NCBI GenBank assembly: GCA_045863295.1
Contig: BTWA01000004.1
Location: 1-64,000 of the forward strand
Origin: Candidatus Hydrogenedentota bacterium
Lineage (GTDB): Bacteria > Hydrogenedentota > Hydrogenedentia > Hydrogenedentales > SLHB01
Direction of reading: 5' to 3'
DNA length: 64,000 bases
Shown here piece by piece: positions 9,112 through 18,700 of this stretch. A program made the translations under genes and the position numbers. The stretch's first letter is position 1. Every line of letters begins with the position of its first letter. Under the pieces are notes generated by a model that searched no databases, was not told where the DNA came from, and saw nothing but the letters and a program-made list of their open reading frames with translations.

Positions 9112-10434
9112 CTATCCTTTCACCACGCCGCGCATATGGGACTCGATCTCGGCAAATACCGCAGCTTCTGAGAGTCCCTGTTGCAAGAATTTGCGCACCT
9201 TTGGCATCAGCCGAAGTGCGCGATCGATCTCGGGATTGCTGCCTTCCACATATGCGCCAATGTTGACTAGATCTTCCGCTTCCCGGTACACCGCGAGGAT
9301 GGACCGGATCTGCCCCGCCAATTCCTGGTGTGGCGCCGCCGTAACATCGATCATACAACGGCTTACGCTTTCGAGAATGTCTATGGCCGGATAGTGATTG
9401 CGCGATGCCAAATCGCGCGACAACGACACGTGCCCATCCACAATGCTTCGAACCGCATCGCCGACTGGATCGTTCAAATCGTCGCCTTCCACAAGAACGG
9501 TATAAATTCCCGTTATGCTTCCGTTCGCCGAGTTGCCCGCGCGTTCCAACAGTCTGGGCAGTATCGCGTAGACCGAAGGAGGATACCCCTTCGTAGTCGG
9601 CGGTTCGCCAATGGCAAGGCCCACTTCGCGTTGGGCCATGGCGAATCGCGTCACCGAGTCCATCATCAGAAGGACGTCCGCGCCCTGTTCCCTAAACCAT
9701 TCGGCAATGGCGGTCGCGAGATACGCACCCTTGATACGCAACAGCGCAGGCTGATCCGATGTTACGGCTACAACGACAGATCGGCGCAATCCGTCGGGAC
9801 CCAAATCGTTCTCCACAAACTCCCGTACTTCCCGGCCGCGCTCGCCAATCAGCGCGATCACATTTATATCCGCCGACGTATTGCGCGCCATCATCCCGAG
9901 CAGTTTGCTTTTGCCCACCCCACTGCCGGCCAGTATCCCAATGCGCTGACCCTTGCCGCACGTCATGCACGCGTCAACCGCGCGCACGCCCGTGGACAAG
10001 GCTTCCGTGATGCGCCGCCGCTCCATCGGCTTTGGGGGCGCGGCCAACAACTGCACGCGATCCACACCCTGGGGGTGTGTTCCGCCGTCAATCGCATTGC
10101 CCAAACTATCGATGACCCGGCCCAGGATATCCATTCCCACGCGCACCATTTGCGGTTTGTACGTGGGGATCACCGAGCTTCGAGGCGAGATGCCTGCCAT
10201 GTCGCCCAGCGGCATCAGCAAGACTCGGCTGCCGCGAAACCCCACCACTTCCACAGGAATACGCTGGGCCGACCGAGGCGGCACGATGTAACACAAATCC
10301 CCGATGGACATCGCAGGCGCCGTAGCTTCGATTGTCAGTCCCACCACATCACACACTTTCCCGCAACTCCGGATGGGATTCACCCGAAGTGCGCGCTCCG
10401 TATGGGCGTCAAGGACAATGTGGGCCATGGTCAC
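9112..10434 (-). CDS. fliI: Flagellar export ATPase FliI
   Basis: Walker A GSGVGKS, IGERGREV, DSVTRFAMAQRE, GEPPTTKGY. Confidence 0.97.
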   Translation of the reverse strand: MTMAHIVLDAHTERALRVNPIRSCGKVCDVVGLTIEATAPAMSIGDLCYIVPPRSAQRIPVEVVGFRGSRVLLMPLGDMAGISPRSSVIPTYKPQMVRVGMDILGRVIDSLGNAIDGGTHPQGVDRVQLLAAPPKPMERRRITEALSTGVRAVDACMTCGKGQRIGILAGSGVGKSKLLGMMARNTSADINVIALIGERGREVREFVENDLGPDGLRRSVVVAVTSDQPALLRIKGAYLATAIAEWFREQGADVLLMMDSVTRFAMAQREVGLAIGEPPTTKGYPPSVYAILPRLLERAGNSANGSITGIYTVLVEGDDLNDPVGDAVRSIVDGHVSLSRDLASRNHYPAIDILESVSRCMIDVTAAPHQELAGQIRSILAVYREAEDLVNIGAYVEGSNPEIDRALRLMPKVRKFLQQGLSEAAVFAEIESHMRGVVKG

Positions 10435-11099
10435 TCCGTCAGCGACTCGAATATACGTTCCAGTTGTTCGTCAAGCCGGGCGTCCACGCTGAGTATGTCG
10501 GTCTCGATGGCACATCCTCCCTTGGCCACGCTTTCGTCGGGCTTGATCTCAAAATGCTGTATACCTTTGAATTCGTCCTGCAACCGGATTTGAAAACGGC
10601 TCATCGATTCCATGTCCTGAGGATTGAGATGCAGCACAAGCCGTTCCCGATCGATGAGATTCTGCAGGGCGGCGCGGACGGTCCGGTAAATCAGTTCGTC
10701 GTCGGTCAAGGATTCCCGGTGGAGAATGCGCTTCAAAATCACTTTGGTCAGCGCGAGCACCTGGGGCTCAAGCGCCGCCAGAAACTGTTCGCGCGCGCGC
10801 AACAACGCCTCGCTTGCATTCCGGATGGCTTCGGTGCATGTCCCGACGCTCTCTTCAATCGCCCGCCGCGCATCTTCTTCCCCCCGGCGCAATCCTTCCT
10901 GATATCCTTCGACCAATTGCTGCTCTGCCAACCGGTGCGCCTCGGCGATCATTCGCTCGGCCTGCTGCTCGGGGGTCAGAACGCGATCAAAGGCGGCCAG
11001 CGACTCGTCTCCGGCCAGCGCGCCCTCTTCAAGCATTCCCCGCTGAAACGGAGCCCACTCCCGCGCATCGGGATCGGAGGATTTGATGATTTTGCCCAT
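10431..11099 (-). CDS. fliH: Flagellar assembly protein FliH
   Basis: GxxxG repeat GYQEGLRRG, LNPQD, GGCAIET; overlaps fliI. Confidence 0.9.
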   Translation of the reverse strand: MGKIIKSSDPDAREWAPFQRGMLEEGALAGDESLAAFDRVLTPEQQAERMIAEAHRLAEQQLVEGYQEGLRRGEEDARRAIEESVGTCTEAIRNASEALLRAREQFLAALEPQVLALTKVILKRILHRESLTDDELIYRTVRAALQNLIDRERLVLHLNPQDMESMSRFQIRLQDEFKGIQHFEIKPDESVAKGGCAIETDILSVDARLDEQLERIFESLTE

Positions 11100-11117
11100 G
11101 GTGGCAGCGGGCCTCGG

Positions 11118-12131
11118 TTAAACCACAATTTCGTCTTGGTTGCCGCCGCCCCGGCCTTGAATAATAACTTCGCCGGATTCCTCCAGCCGCCGGATGATAC
11201 TTACGATCTTCTGCTGCGCCTCTTCCACATTGCGCAGGCGAACCGGGCCCATGAACTCCATCTCTTCGGTGATCATCTGGCGCGCGCGTTCGGACATGTT
11301 CCGCAGTATCTTGTTTCGGACTTCCTCGTTCGCGGTCTTCAACGCCAGCGCCAAATCCTTCTGCTCTACCTCGCGCAGCGCTTTCTGTATGCCGCCGTCG
11401 TCCACGTACACCAAATCTTCAAACGTGAACATCAGCCGCGCGATTTCATCCGCGAGTTCGGGATCCCGCTCCTCCAATTCGGACATAATCGCTTTTTCCG
11501 TGGCTCGATCGATGTTGTTCATGATCTCCGCCACTTCCTTCACGCCGCCCGCAAAGGTAAAGCCCTGGCTGAACACAGATGCCATCTTCCGCTCCAGCAC
11601 CCGCTCCACCTCCCGCACGATTTCTGGAGGCGTTCGATCCATCGTCGCAATGCGCATGACCACATCCGGACGTATGTCCTGCGGCAGCGCCGAGAGCACA
11701 ATGCTGGCCACGTTTGAATTCAGATGGGCCAAAATGAGGGCAATTGTCTGGGGGTGTTCATCTTGAATGAAACTGCAGATCTGCGACGCATCCGCGCGCT
11801 TCAAGAATTCGAACGGCACTTCCTGCAGGCTGCTCTGAAGCCGCGTCAACACTTCCATCGCCCGTTCCGGCCCCAGCGCCGATTCCAAGAGGTGCCGGGC
11901 ATACTCCACGCCGCCTGCCGTCATATACCGGTTCGCAAGATGCATCGAATGAAATTCTTCGATAATCCCCTCGCGCGTTTCAGGCTCGACCGGACCGAGA
12001 TTGGATAGATCGATGGTAAGTTGCTCGATCTCCTCTTCCGACAACTTACCCAAGACGCGGCCGGCCACTTCCGGCCCTAGACAAGCCAGAAAAACGGCCG
12101 CTTTCATTCGTCCCGTGATTTCCGAAGCCAC
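11118..12131 (-). CDS. fliG: Flagellar motor switch protein FliG
   Basis: GGVEYA, EHPQTIALIL, MFTFED, GPVRL..VE.AQ. Confidence 0.97.
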   Translation of the reverse strand: MASEITGRMKAAVFLACLGPEVAGRVLGKLSEEEIEQLTIDLSNLGPVEPETREGIIEEFHSMHLANRYMTAGGVEYARHLLESALGPERAMEVLTRLQSSLQEVPFEFLKRADASQICSFIQDEHPQTIALILAHLNSNVASIVLSALPQDIRPDVVMRIATMDRTPPEIVREVERVLERKMASVFSQGFTFAGGVKEVAEIMNNIDRATEKAIMSELEERDPELADEIARLMFTFEDLVYVDDGGIQKALREVEQKDLALALKTANEEVRNKILRNMSERARQMITEEMEFMGPVRLRNVEEAQQKIVSIIRRLEESGEVIIQGRGGGNQDEIVV

Positions 12132-12181
12132 GAATTCACACTTCCTCGGGCTGTTGCCGCGTCACGCCGCCTCGCTGGATG

Positions 12182-13762
12182 TCATTGCGATTCCGGTTCG
12201 CTCATCCACGTGCGCAAGAGGGCGGCGACTTGCTCGGGCTGTTCCTTGGCCACGCGCTCCACTTCGGTCGCGATCTCCATCTTCCGGAGTTCCGCGGGCG
12301 ACGCGCGCGGCACATCAATCGTAACTTCCTGTTCGGAAAACTCTTCGCCGGTACGTATCGACCGTAGCAGAAACCGGCGCACCAACAGGAAACCAATGGC
12401 TACCAATATGATTTTACCCAATAACGTGCCGATTTCCATCAATTGATCGCGCCAAGCCGCCTGCTCAAACTGCTCAAACGTCGCGGCAGCCGCCTGCAAT
12501 TCCACTGGATTCAGTACTTGATCGCGTATTTCCACCTGTTCCAACGGCAGGTTTAACGCATTGGCGGCAACCAACTTCAAGTCATCGAGCCGCACCGGAT
12601 CGCCGGGTACATAATTCTTTTCGCCGGAAGGTTCGCCGTCCTCGCCAAGGACGTCTTCAAACCGGCCCGCCTCCACCAAGACCGCCGCCGAAATCAGCGT
12701 CACTTCGCCCGGTTCCTTGGTGGTTTCAGTCACCTTGCGGCCGGTTTCAAAGTTCTCCAGGCTCGATTCCGTACTCTCTACGGTCTGTACTCCGCCCGAA
12801 GGCGCGGCGTCGGCCGGCAGGTTCTGCGTGCTCCCGGTCGGACCCGCCGGCAATGAATCCTGGGTCGTCAGCGTGCGGGTCTGTGTGTACGTGCTGACGG
12901 GCTGTCCTTCCAACGCTTCTTCCGTTATCTCGCGCGACCGATCAAAATTCACATCCAGGTTTAGCGTGACCACACTGCGCACACCGGCTTTCATCAACGC
13001 ATTTTCCGCAGTGCGAACATATTCGTCGCGCACTTCGCGGTGGTAGTCCAGGCGATCGCTGGCGGCATAGGCAGTTCCGTCGCCATTGGGACCATGCAAC
13101 TGGAATCCTTCTGTCGTTGCAAGCGTAATGTTGTCCGGCGTCAGGTGCGCTCCGCCAAACGAGGCGATGATATTGACCATCGCCTCCACTTCCGACTTCG
13201 AGGGCCGCCGGTTCACATCAAGCGTGACCGCCGCCGTCGATGGCCGCTGATCATCCAGAAGCAATTCATCCTCGGATTCGCGAATCATCACATAGGACCG
13301 ATTGACATATTCGAACTCGTTCAACATCCTCTGCAACTCGCCTTGCAACGCGCGCTGGAACCGAATCTTTTGCTCGCTCTGGTTCATCATAATGTTGCTG
13401 GTGTCAAACACCTCGAACCCGGACACGTTGCCATGTGACTTGGGTATCCCCTGCGATTGCAAGGCCACGCGAACGTCGCTCAAGCGATTCGTCGGCACTT
13501 CGATCGCCGTGCCGCCGCCGGAGGTCTCGTACGGTATCCCCTCTTCGGCAAGATACTGTTGGACGGCCGTGAAATCGCTGGCGGAGAGATTGTCGAACAG
13601 TGTCACGAATTGGGGCCGGCTGCCCATGTACACCACCGCGCCGATGAACGCCACCGCGAGCAGCGCCGTGACCGCAATGTTCACACGGGCGCTGGCGGAA
13701 AGCTTGCGCCACGTGTCAACCGCGTTTTGGGCAAGGGAACTGAAATATTCCAGAATGGACAC
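12182..13762 (-). CDS. fliF: Flagellar MS-ring protein FliF
   Basis: Two TMs; GFEVFD, RALQGEL, PSTAAVTL; C-terminal PEQVAALLRTWM; directly upstream of fliG. Confidence 0.92.
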   Translation of the reverse strand: MSILEYFSSLAQNAVDTWRKLSASARVNIAVTALLAVAFIGAVVYMGSRPQFVTLFDNLSASDFTAVQQYLAEEGIPYETSGGGTAIEVPTNRLSDVRVALQSQGIPKSHGNVSGFEVFDTSNIMMNQSEQKIRFQRALQGELQRMLNEFEYVNRSYVMIRESEDELLLDDQRPSTAAVTLDVNRRPSKSEVEAMVNIIASFGGAHLTPDNITLATTEGFQLHGPNGDGTAYAASDRLDYHREVRDEYVRTAENALMKAGVRSVVTLNLDVNFDRSREITEEALEGQPVSTYTQTRTLTTQDSLPAGPTGSTQNLPADAAPSGGVQTVESTESSLENFETGRKVTETTKEPGEVTLISAAVLVEAGRFEDVLGEDGEPSGEKNYVPGDPVRLDDLKLVAANALNLPLEQVEIRDQVLNPVELQAAAATFEQFEQAAWRDQLMEIGTLLGKIILVAIGFLLVRRFLLRSIRTGEEFSEQEVTIDVPRASPAELRKMEIATEVERVAKEQPEQVAALLRTWMSEPESQ

Positions 13763-13873
13763 GGGCGAATCCTCGTTGCCGGCATGTATCTCCGCAGGCT
13801 GATCCGGTCCACCCGGAAACGCCGACGAATCACGCCGGGAAATTGCTCATTCGGCCTCGAAAACAGGCAAAGG

Positions 13874-14302
13874 CTAACGCGACAGTCCCAGATACTCATC
13901 ATTGGAACGAGTCGGGTCCGAGGGCATCAGGGCCACCGGATACCACAAAACCGGGGGAACCAGACGCGTCATCATCTCCCGCGTCTCTCCGGTTGCCAAT
14001 GAGGCCGATTCAATTGTCATCTCCGCGCCGTGCGACGGTCCGCCGATGAAGGATCGGCCGCCGCTATCGAATAAGGACCTCGCCTGCCGCACCCGCTCGT
14101 GGTTGGCCGTATCGGATGCGTACCCGGATACGGTGTCGGGCTGTTGTGCCGCTTCCATGGCCAACAAGATGGCCATGGGCACCGTAAAACCGAGAATTGC
14201 GCATCGATACCGATCCGAAAGATCCAGTTTTTCCCACGACCTTACGGCGGTGGCAGCGAGCTGACGGAGATTACCCACTGACCTTGCCCCTGAAACGTAC
14301 AT
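13874..14302 (-). CDS. Hypothetical protein between fliE and fliF
   Basis: 142-aa co-oriented ORF filling most of a ~580-bp gap; one hydrophobic segment; weak RBS. Confidence 0.4.
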   Translation of the reverse strand: MYVSGARSVGNLRQLAATAVRSWEKLDLSDRYRCAILGFTVPMAILLAMEAAQQPDTVSGYASDTANHERVRQARSLFDSGGRSFIGGPSHGAEMTIESASLATGETREMMTRLVPPVLWYPVALMPSDPTRSNDEYLGLSR

Positions 14303-14341
14303 CCAACGAACGGCCCGCGCGTTCAGCGCGCCGGCCTTCCG

Positions 14342-14659
14342 CTAGACTTGCATGCGCATCACTTCCTCGTACGCCGCGACGATCTTGTTGCGAACCGCCA
14401 TCATGGTCTGAAACGACATATCTGCGCGTTCCACCGCCACCATGGCCTCAGTCACATCCTTGATCTCCCCGGCAACCAACTGCTTGATCGTGTTGTCCGC
14501 TTCGCCCTGCAGTCGCTGAACCTCGCCGATGCTCTCCATCAGCAGTTCCTTGAAGGACTGCCCCCCTTCGGTCGGGCTGGTCCGGGCCGGGAGCATCTGA
14601 CGGGGATCCACCTCGATTCGCTGAGGTCGTAGCCCTTGTATTTTCATGTCATCGCTCAA
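14342..14659 (-). CDS. fliE: Flagellar hook-basal body protein FliE
   Basis: SFKELL...VRNKIVAAYEEVMRMQV. Confidence 0.95.
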   Translation of the reverse strand: MSDDMKIQGLRPQRIEVDPRQMLPARTSPTEGGQSFKELLMESIGEVQRLQGEADNTIKQLVAGEIKDVTEAMVAVERADMSFQTMMAVRNKIVAAYEEVMRMQV

Positions 14660-14673
14660 AACCCGTTACCCTC

Positions 14674-15096
14674 TTAGCGCTGCAATAGTTCCAATGCCTT
14701 GTTGGACATGCTTCTTGACGATGCGATTACCGCCAAATTGGCTTCATAGGCGCGTTGCGCGGACACCAAATCAACCATTTCCACGGCGATATTGACGTTG
14801 GGGTAGGCCACATATCCATCTTCATTGGCCAGCGGATGGCTCGGATTGTAGGTCAAGCTGAACGGGGAAGGATCCTCGGCTATCCGAGAGACCTTTACCC
14901 CCACCATGCTCGGATCCACAACCGGGCCAATTTGCTCCCCACGGAAAATCGCCAGTTGCCTCCGGAACGGTTCCCCGGTCTCGCGAGTCCTCAAGGTTTG
15001 CGCATTCGCGATGTTGTTCGCGATCACGTTCATCCGTGTGCGCTGCGCCCGAAGGCCACTTACGGCAATTTCGCGTGCCGAAATCCGGTCAAACAT
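14674..15096 (-). CDS. flgC: Flagellar rod protein FlgC
   Basis: SGLRAQRTRMNVIANNIANA, YNPSHPLA..GYV.YPNVN, RAYEAN. Confidence 0.95.
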   Translation of the reverse strand: MFDRISAREIAVSGLRAQRTRMNVIANNIANAQTLRTRETGEPFRRQLAIFRGEQIGPVVDPSMVGVKVSRIAEDPSPFSLTYNPSHPLANEDGYVAYPNVNIAVEMVDLVSAQRAYEANLAVIASSRSMSNKALELLQR

Positions 15097-15141
15097 TCCT
15101 AAACCACTGGCTTTCTTTGGTTTGTATAGCCTTCAACACAC

Positions 15142-15537
15142 TCATCGGAGCGTGCTCAGCATGTTCCGGTATGCGCTGAATTGTTTGGCCAACAAACTAC
15201 CATATGTTGTGTATTTTCCGGTATTTTCCGCCAAATCAGCCATTTCCTGGTCTAAGTCGACCTTATTGTAGTCGTTCTTAGAAGAAAGCGCAAGACGTAA
15301 AAACGACGGATTCGCCACAGATGCATCCAGGTGCTTGGGCCGGGTCTTGCGGAGGCCGACGTGGCCCGAGCCCTGAATCTCGCTCTGTAACGTCGCCTGA
15401 AAATCCAGGCGCGTCGGGTTGTAGTTCGGCGTGTCGATGTTCGCAATGTTGTTGGCAATCAGCACATGATTCGCCTGTGCGGTCTTCATGCCTGCTACCA
15501 ACACACGACTTACGTCAATTCCGCCGAACGCAGACAA
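15142..15537 (-). CDS. flgB: Flagellar rod protein FlgB
   Basis: IANNIANIDTPNY, NDYNKVDLDQEM. TTG start at 15537 lies 9 nt from AAGGAGG. Confidence 0.92.
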   Translation of the reverse strand: MSAFGGIDVSRVLVAGMKTAQANHVLIANNIANIDTPNYNPTRLDFQATLQSEIQGSGHVGLRKTRPKHLDASVANPSFLRLALSSKNDYNKVDLDQEMADLAENTGKYTTYGSLLAKQFSAYRNMLSTLR

Positions 15538-15589
15538 GCAGTGGTTCCTCCTTTCTCTCGGTTGTACATTCTCCGTCGAAAGAGAGGGA

Positions 15590-15605
15590 AGCAACCCGCG
15601 TGCCG
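15590..15605 (-). promoter_or_regulatory. Sigma-54 (-24/-12) promoter of the flgB operon
   Basis: CGGCAC-GCGGG-TTGCT versus consensus TGGCAC-N5-TTGCW. Confidence 0.7.
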
Positions 15606-15719
15606 AAGCTCTACCCGAGTTAAACAGGCCAATTTGAAAGAGTTATGGGACGATTTCCAAGCGCCTGTCGGGAAGGAAATGCATGCCGATGGTCATTTCC
15701 TGCCTAGTCACCCTGACCC

Positions 15720-18700
15720 TTATGGTCCGGTGATGCGGCAATTGGGGAGGTCGTATTGCAGCAGGCTAAGCCCCTCGCGAGATACCCGGGTGCCCTGAAT
15801 GGTGAGCGTCGTCAGTCCGGTGAGGCGCTTGATCTCGTCCAAGCCCTGATTGGAAACCCCGCACTGGGTCAGCGTCAAGCTGGTGAGGCGGGGGAAGTGG
15901 CGAAGTACTGCGAGTCCCGCGTCGGCGATGTCCACCCCGGAGAGGCTCAAATACTCCATCTGCCGCAAGCGCTTGAGTTCCAAGAGGCTGGCGTCGGTCA
16001 TTTGCGCGTCGCGCACGGTAAGCTGCTGGATGCGGGTCAGGTTGCGCAACGCCCGGATGCCCTCGTCGGTGACGGTAGGGCTGTTGATAATGACGCCCTT
16101 CAGGCTGGCCATGCCTTCGAGCGATTTGAGGCTGGCGTCGGTCACGTTGCGGCCGTTCATCGCGATGTAGTCCAACCCGTTTTCGCCGAGCGCCACCAGC
16201 GGCGACAGATCCGCGGCAGCGTCGTAATCGACCTCCAGCCGGACATATTGGCCGGCTGGAATGGAGACGTTGCCCTGCGCGGAGCCCTTGTTCTGCCACG
16301 ACGCGGCCGGATTATCCCATGCACGTACCGTAACGGCGCCCAGGGTGCGCCCCCCAAAGGCAAGGGTGCGCGCGGGCGGCGCCGTGGGAGGCGCGGGCGG
16401 TTCAATCTCCGCATCCAGCTTCACCTTGGGTAACGCATCTGTCATGGCGAAATAGAAATCCTCGGACACCTTGCCTTCGGTCACCGAGAGGGCTTGGAGA
16501 GCGCCGAACGATTTCAGGGTCTCAATAGCGCCCAAGTTTGCGTAAGGTGCGCGCACATCGAGCACATTGACGTGCGGTGCAATGACTTTCAACACCTCCG
16601 GCGCGGCCGGTACGTCCCGATCAAGTGCAATCCGGATTAGCACATTGCGCGGCAATTCGACGATACCCTGGGCCGGCGCGTGCTGAATCCATTTCGTGGC
16701 GCCGTCCTGATCCACCGACTGCGTGTACACCATGCCGATGGATTGATCCGCTGGGAAAGTCAGGGTGAGCGGCGCGCTCGCGCCCGGGCTCACCGTATCC
16801 TGCACCGGCGATGACCCCAGTTTCTTCCCGCCCGCAAACTGCCACACGGCATAGCCGCCGCCGCCCATCGCGGCCAGGACAATCACCGTGGCAATCAATC
16901 GGACCACCGAAGGCCCGCGCGAGGTGCCGAAAACCTCCTGACGTTTCTGCAGGCGCTCGACCATTTTGTCCCGCTCGCCAAGCGCTTCGCGCAATTGCTC
17001 CACTTCGGCCTGGGCGGTCTTCAACTCGGAGGCCTTCTCGCGTTCAGTCTTGCGGAGGCTGTCGAGTTCATGCGTCAGGGCCGACTCAGATGCCGCCGCA
17101 GATTCCGCCTGCACACGAAGGTGACGCATCTCATCCTGCATGGACGTAATGGCTTGTTCGTTCTGCGAACTCCCGTGGGCGGCGTTCTTCAGCGCCATTT
17201 CCTGTTGGCTCAACGCCTGACGCAATGCCTTCACTTCCTGCTGGGCCAACTCCAGAGACCGCGTCTTGTTGGACTCATTCACGCGAAGGTGTTCCAATTC
17301 CTCCGCCAGTGCCAACTCAGACGCCGAAGCCGCCTCCGATCGCCGTTTGATCAATTCCAGTTCCGACTTCAATGACGAAATTACGCCTTCGCTCTCAGAA
17401 CTCGTTTGCGCGGCATCGGCCATTGCCTGTTCGCGTTGGCCAAGGGCCTGGCGCAACCGCTCCACTTCGGCCTGCGCCGCATGCAACTGGCCCGCCATCG
17501 CCTGCCCGTTCTCGCGCAATTGCTCCAGTTCCACCGCAAGGGCATGTTCGGAATGCGCGGCTTGATCGGCCCGGCCGCGAATGAGTTCCAGTTCCCCCTG
17601 CAACTGCGCCACTTTGGCTTCGTGCTCTTTGCTCTGTTTCGCCGCGGACGCCACCGCGTCTTCGCGATCGGAAAGGGCGCTCTTCAGGTTTTGCAATTCC
17701 GCCCGCGCGTCTTCCAGCGCTGTCGATTTCGCGTTTTCGCGCTGGCGCAATTGCTCCACTTCAGACGACAAATCCTGTTCGGATTGCGCGGCGTGTTCCG
17801 CCCGTTTTCGCAGGGCTTCCAATTCGTGCTCAAGTTTCTTAAGCGAATCTTCGGATTCGGAATTATCCCGGCTGGCGTCCCAAAGAGCCTTCTCTCGCTT
17901 CTCCAACTCCTTGTGCATCTGCTTCAATTCGGCGCGGGCTTGTTCCAGCGTGCGGCTCTTTAGTGTCTCCTTCGACCGCAACTCGTCCAATTCGTCCGCC
18001 AACTGCTTTTCCGAAGCCGAAGCATGGTCCGCCTGTTGGCGAAGACCTTCCACTTCCGTTCGCAATGACGTCAACGCTCGCTCGTTCTCCGCGTTTCGCG
18101 CTTCCGCCGAAGCAATGGCTTTCTCCCGGTCCACCAACGTAGTGCGAAGCGACTCCAATTCGTTGCGCGCGTCTTCCAACGCGGATGTTTTTTCTTTCTC
18201 GTTTGCCCGCAACCGGTGTAATTCGGCACTCAGCGCGGACTGGGCCGTCGATGCCGTGTCGGCCTCGGTGCGCAATGTATCGAGTTCGCCGCGGAGTGAC
18301 TCGATCAACGCTTCGCTTTCCTGGCTCCGCCGAGTGGCCTCCGCGATGGCCTGTTCGCTCGATTCCAGATTCTTGCGAAGGGCATCCAACTCGCCGCGCG
18401 CCCGCTCAAGATCTGTGGACTTCGATGTTTCCTGCGCGCGAAGCAGCTCGACTTCGTGCGCGAGTTGCTTTTCGGACTGCGTCATTTGATCCGCTTGGGA
18501 ACGCAGTTCAGTCAACTGCCCCCGTAGTGACGCGACCAACTCATCTTGTTCCGCCTTCTCGCGCGCCGCCACCGCAATCGCCGCCTCGCGCTGCACCAGT
18601 GTCTCCTGCAACGAATCCATCTGCGCCCGCGCCGATTCGAGTGCCGCCGCCTTGGCGCTTTCCTTTTTGCGCAGCGAATCCAGTTCTTCTTTCAGATCTT

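Noticed and set aside
9328..11717. Long plus-strand ORFs (421 and 461 aa) and similar ones at 26212-28827, 42428-43534 and 52395-53486
   Set aside because: Antisense shadows of well-supported genes in GC-rich DNA; no recognisable motifs.
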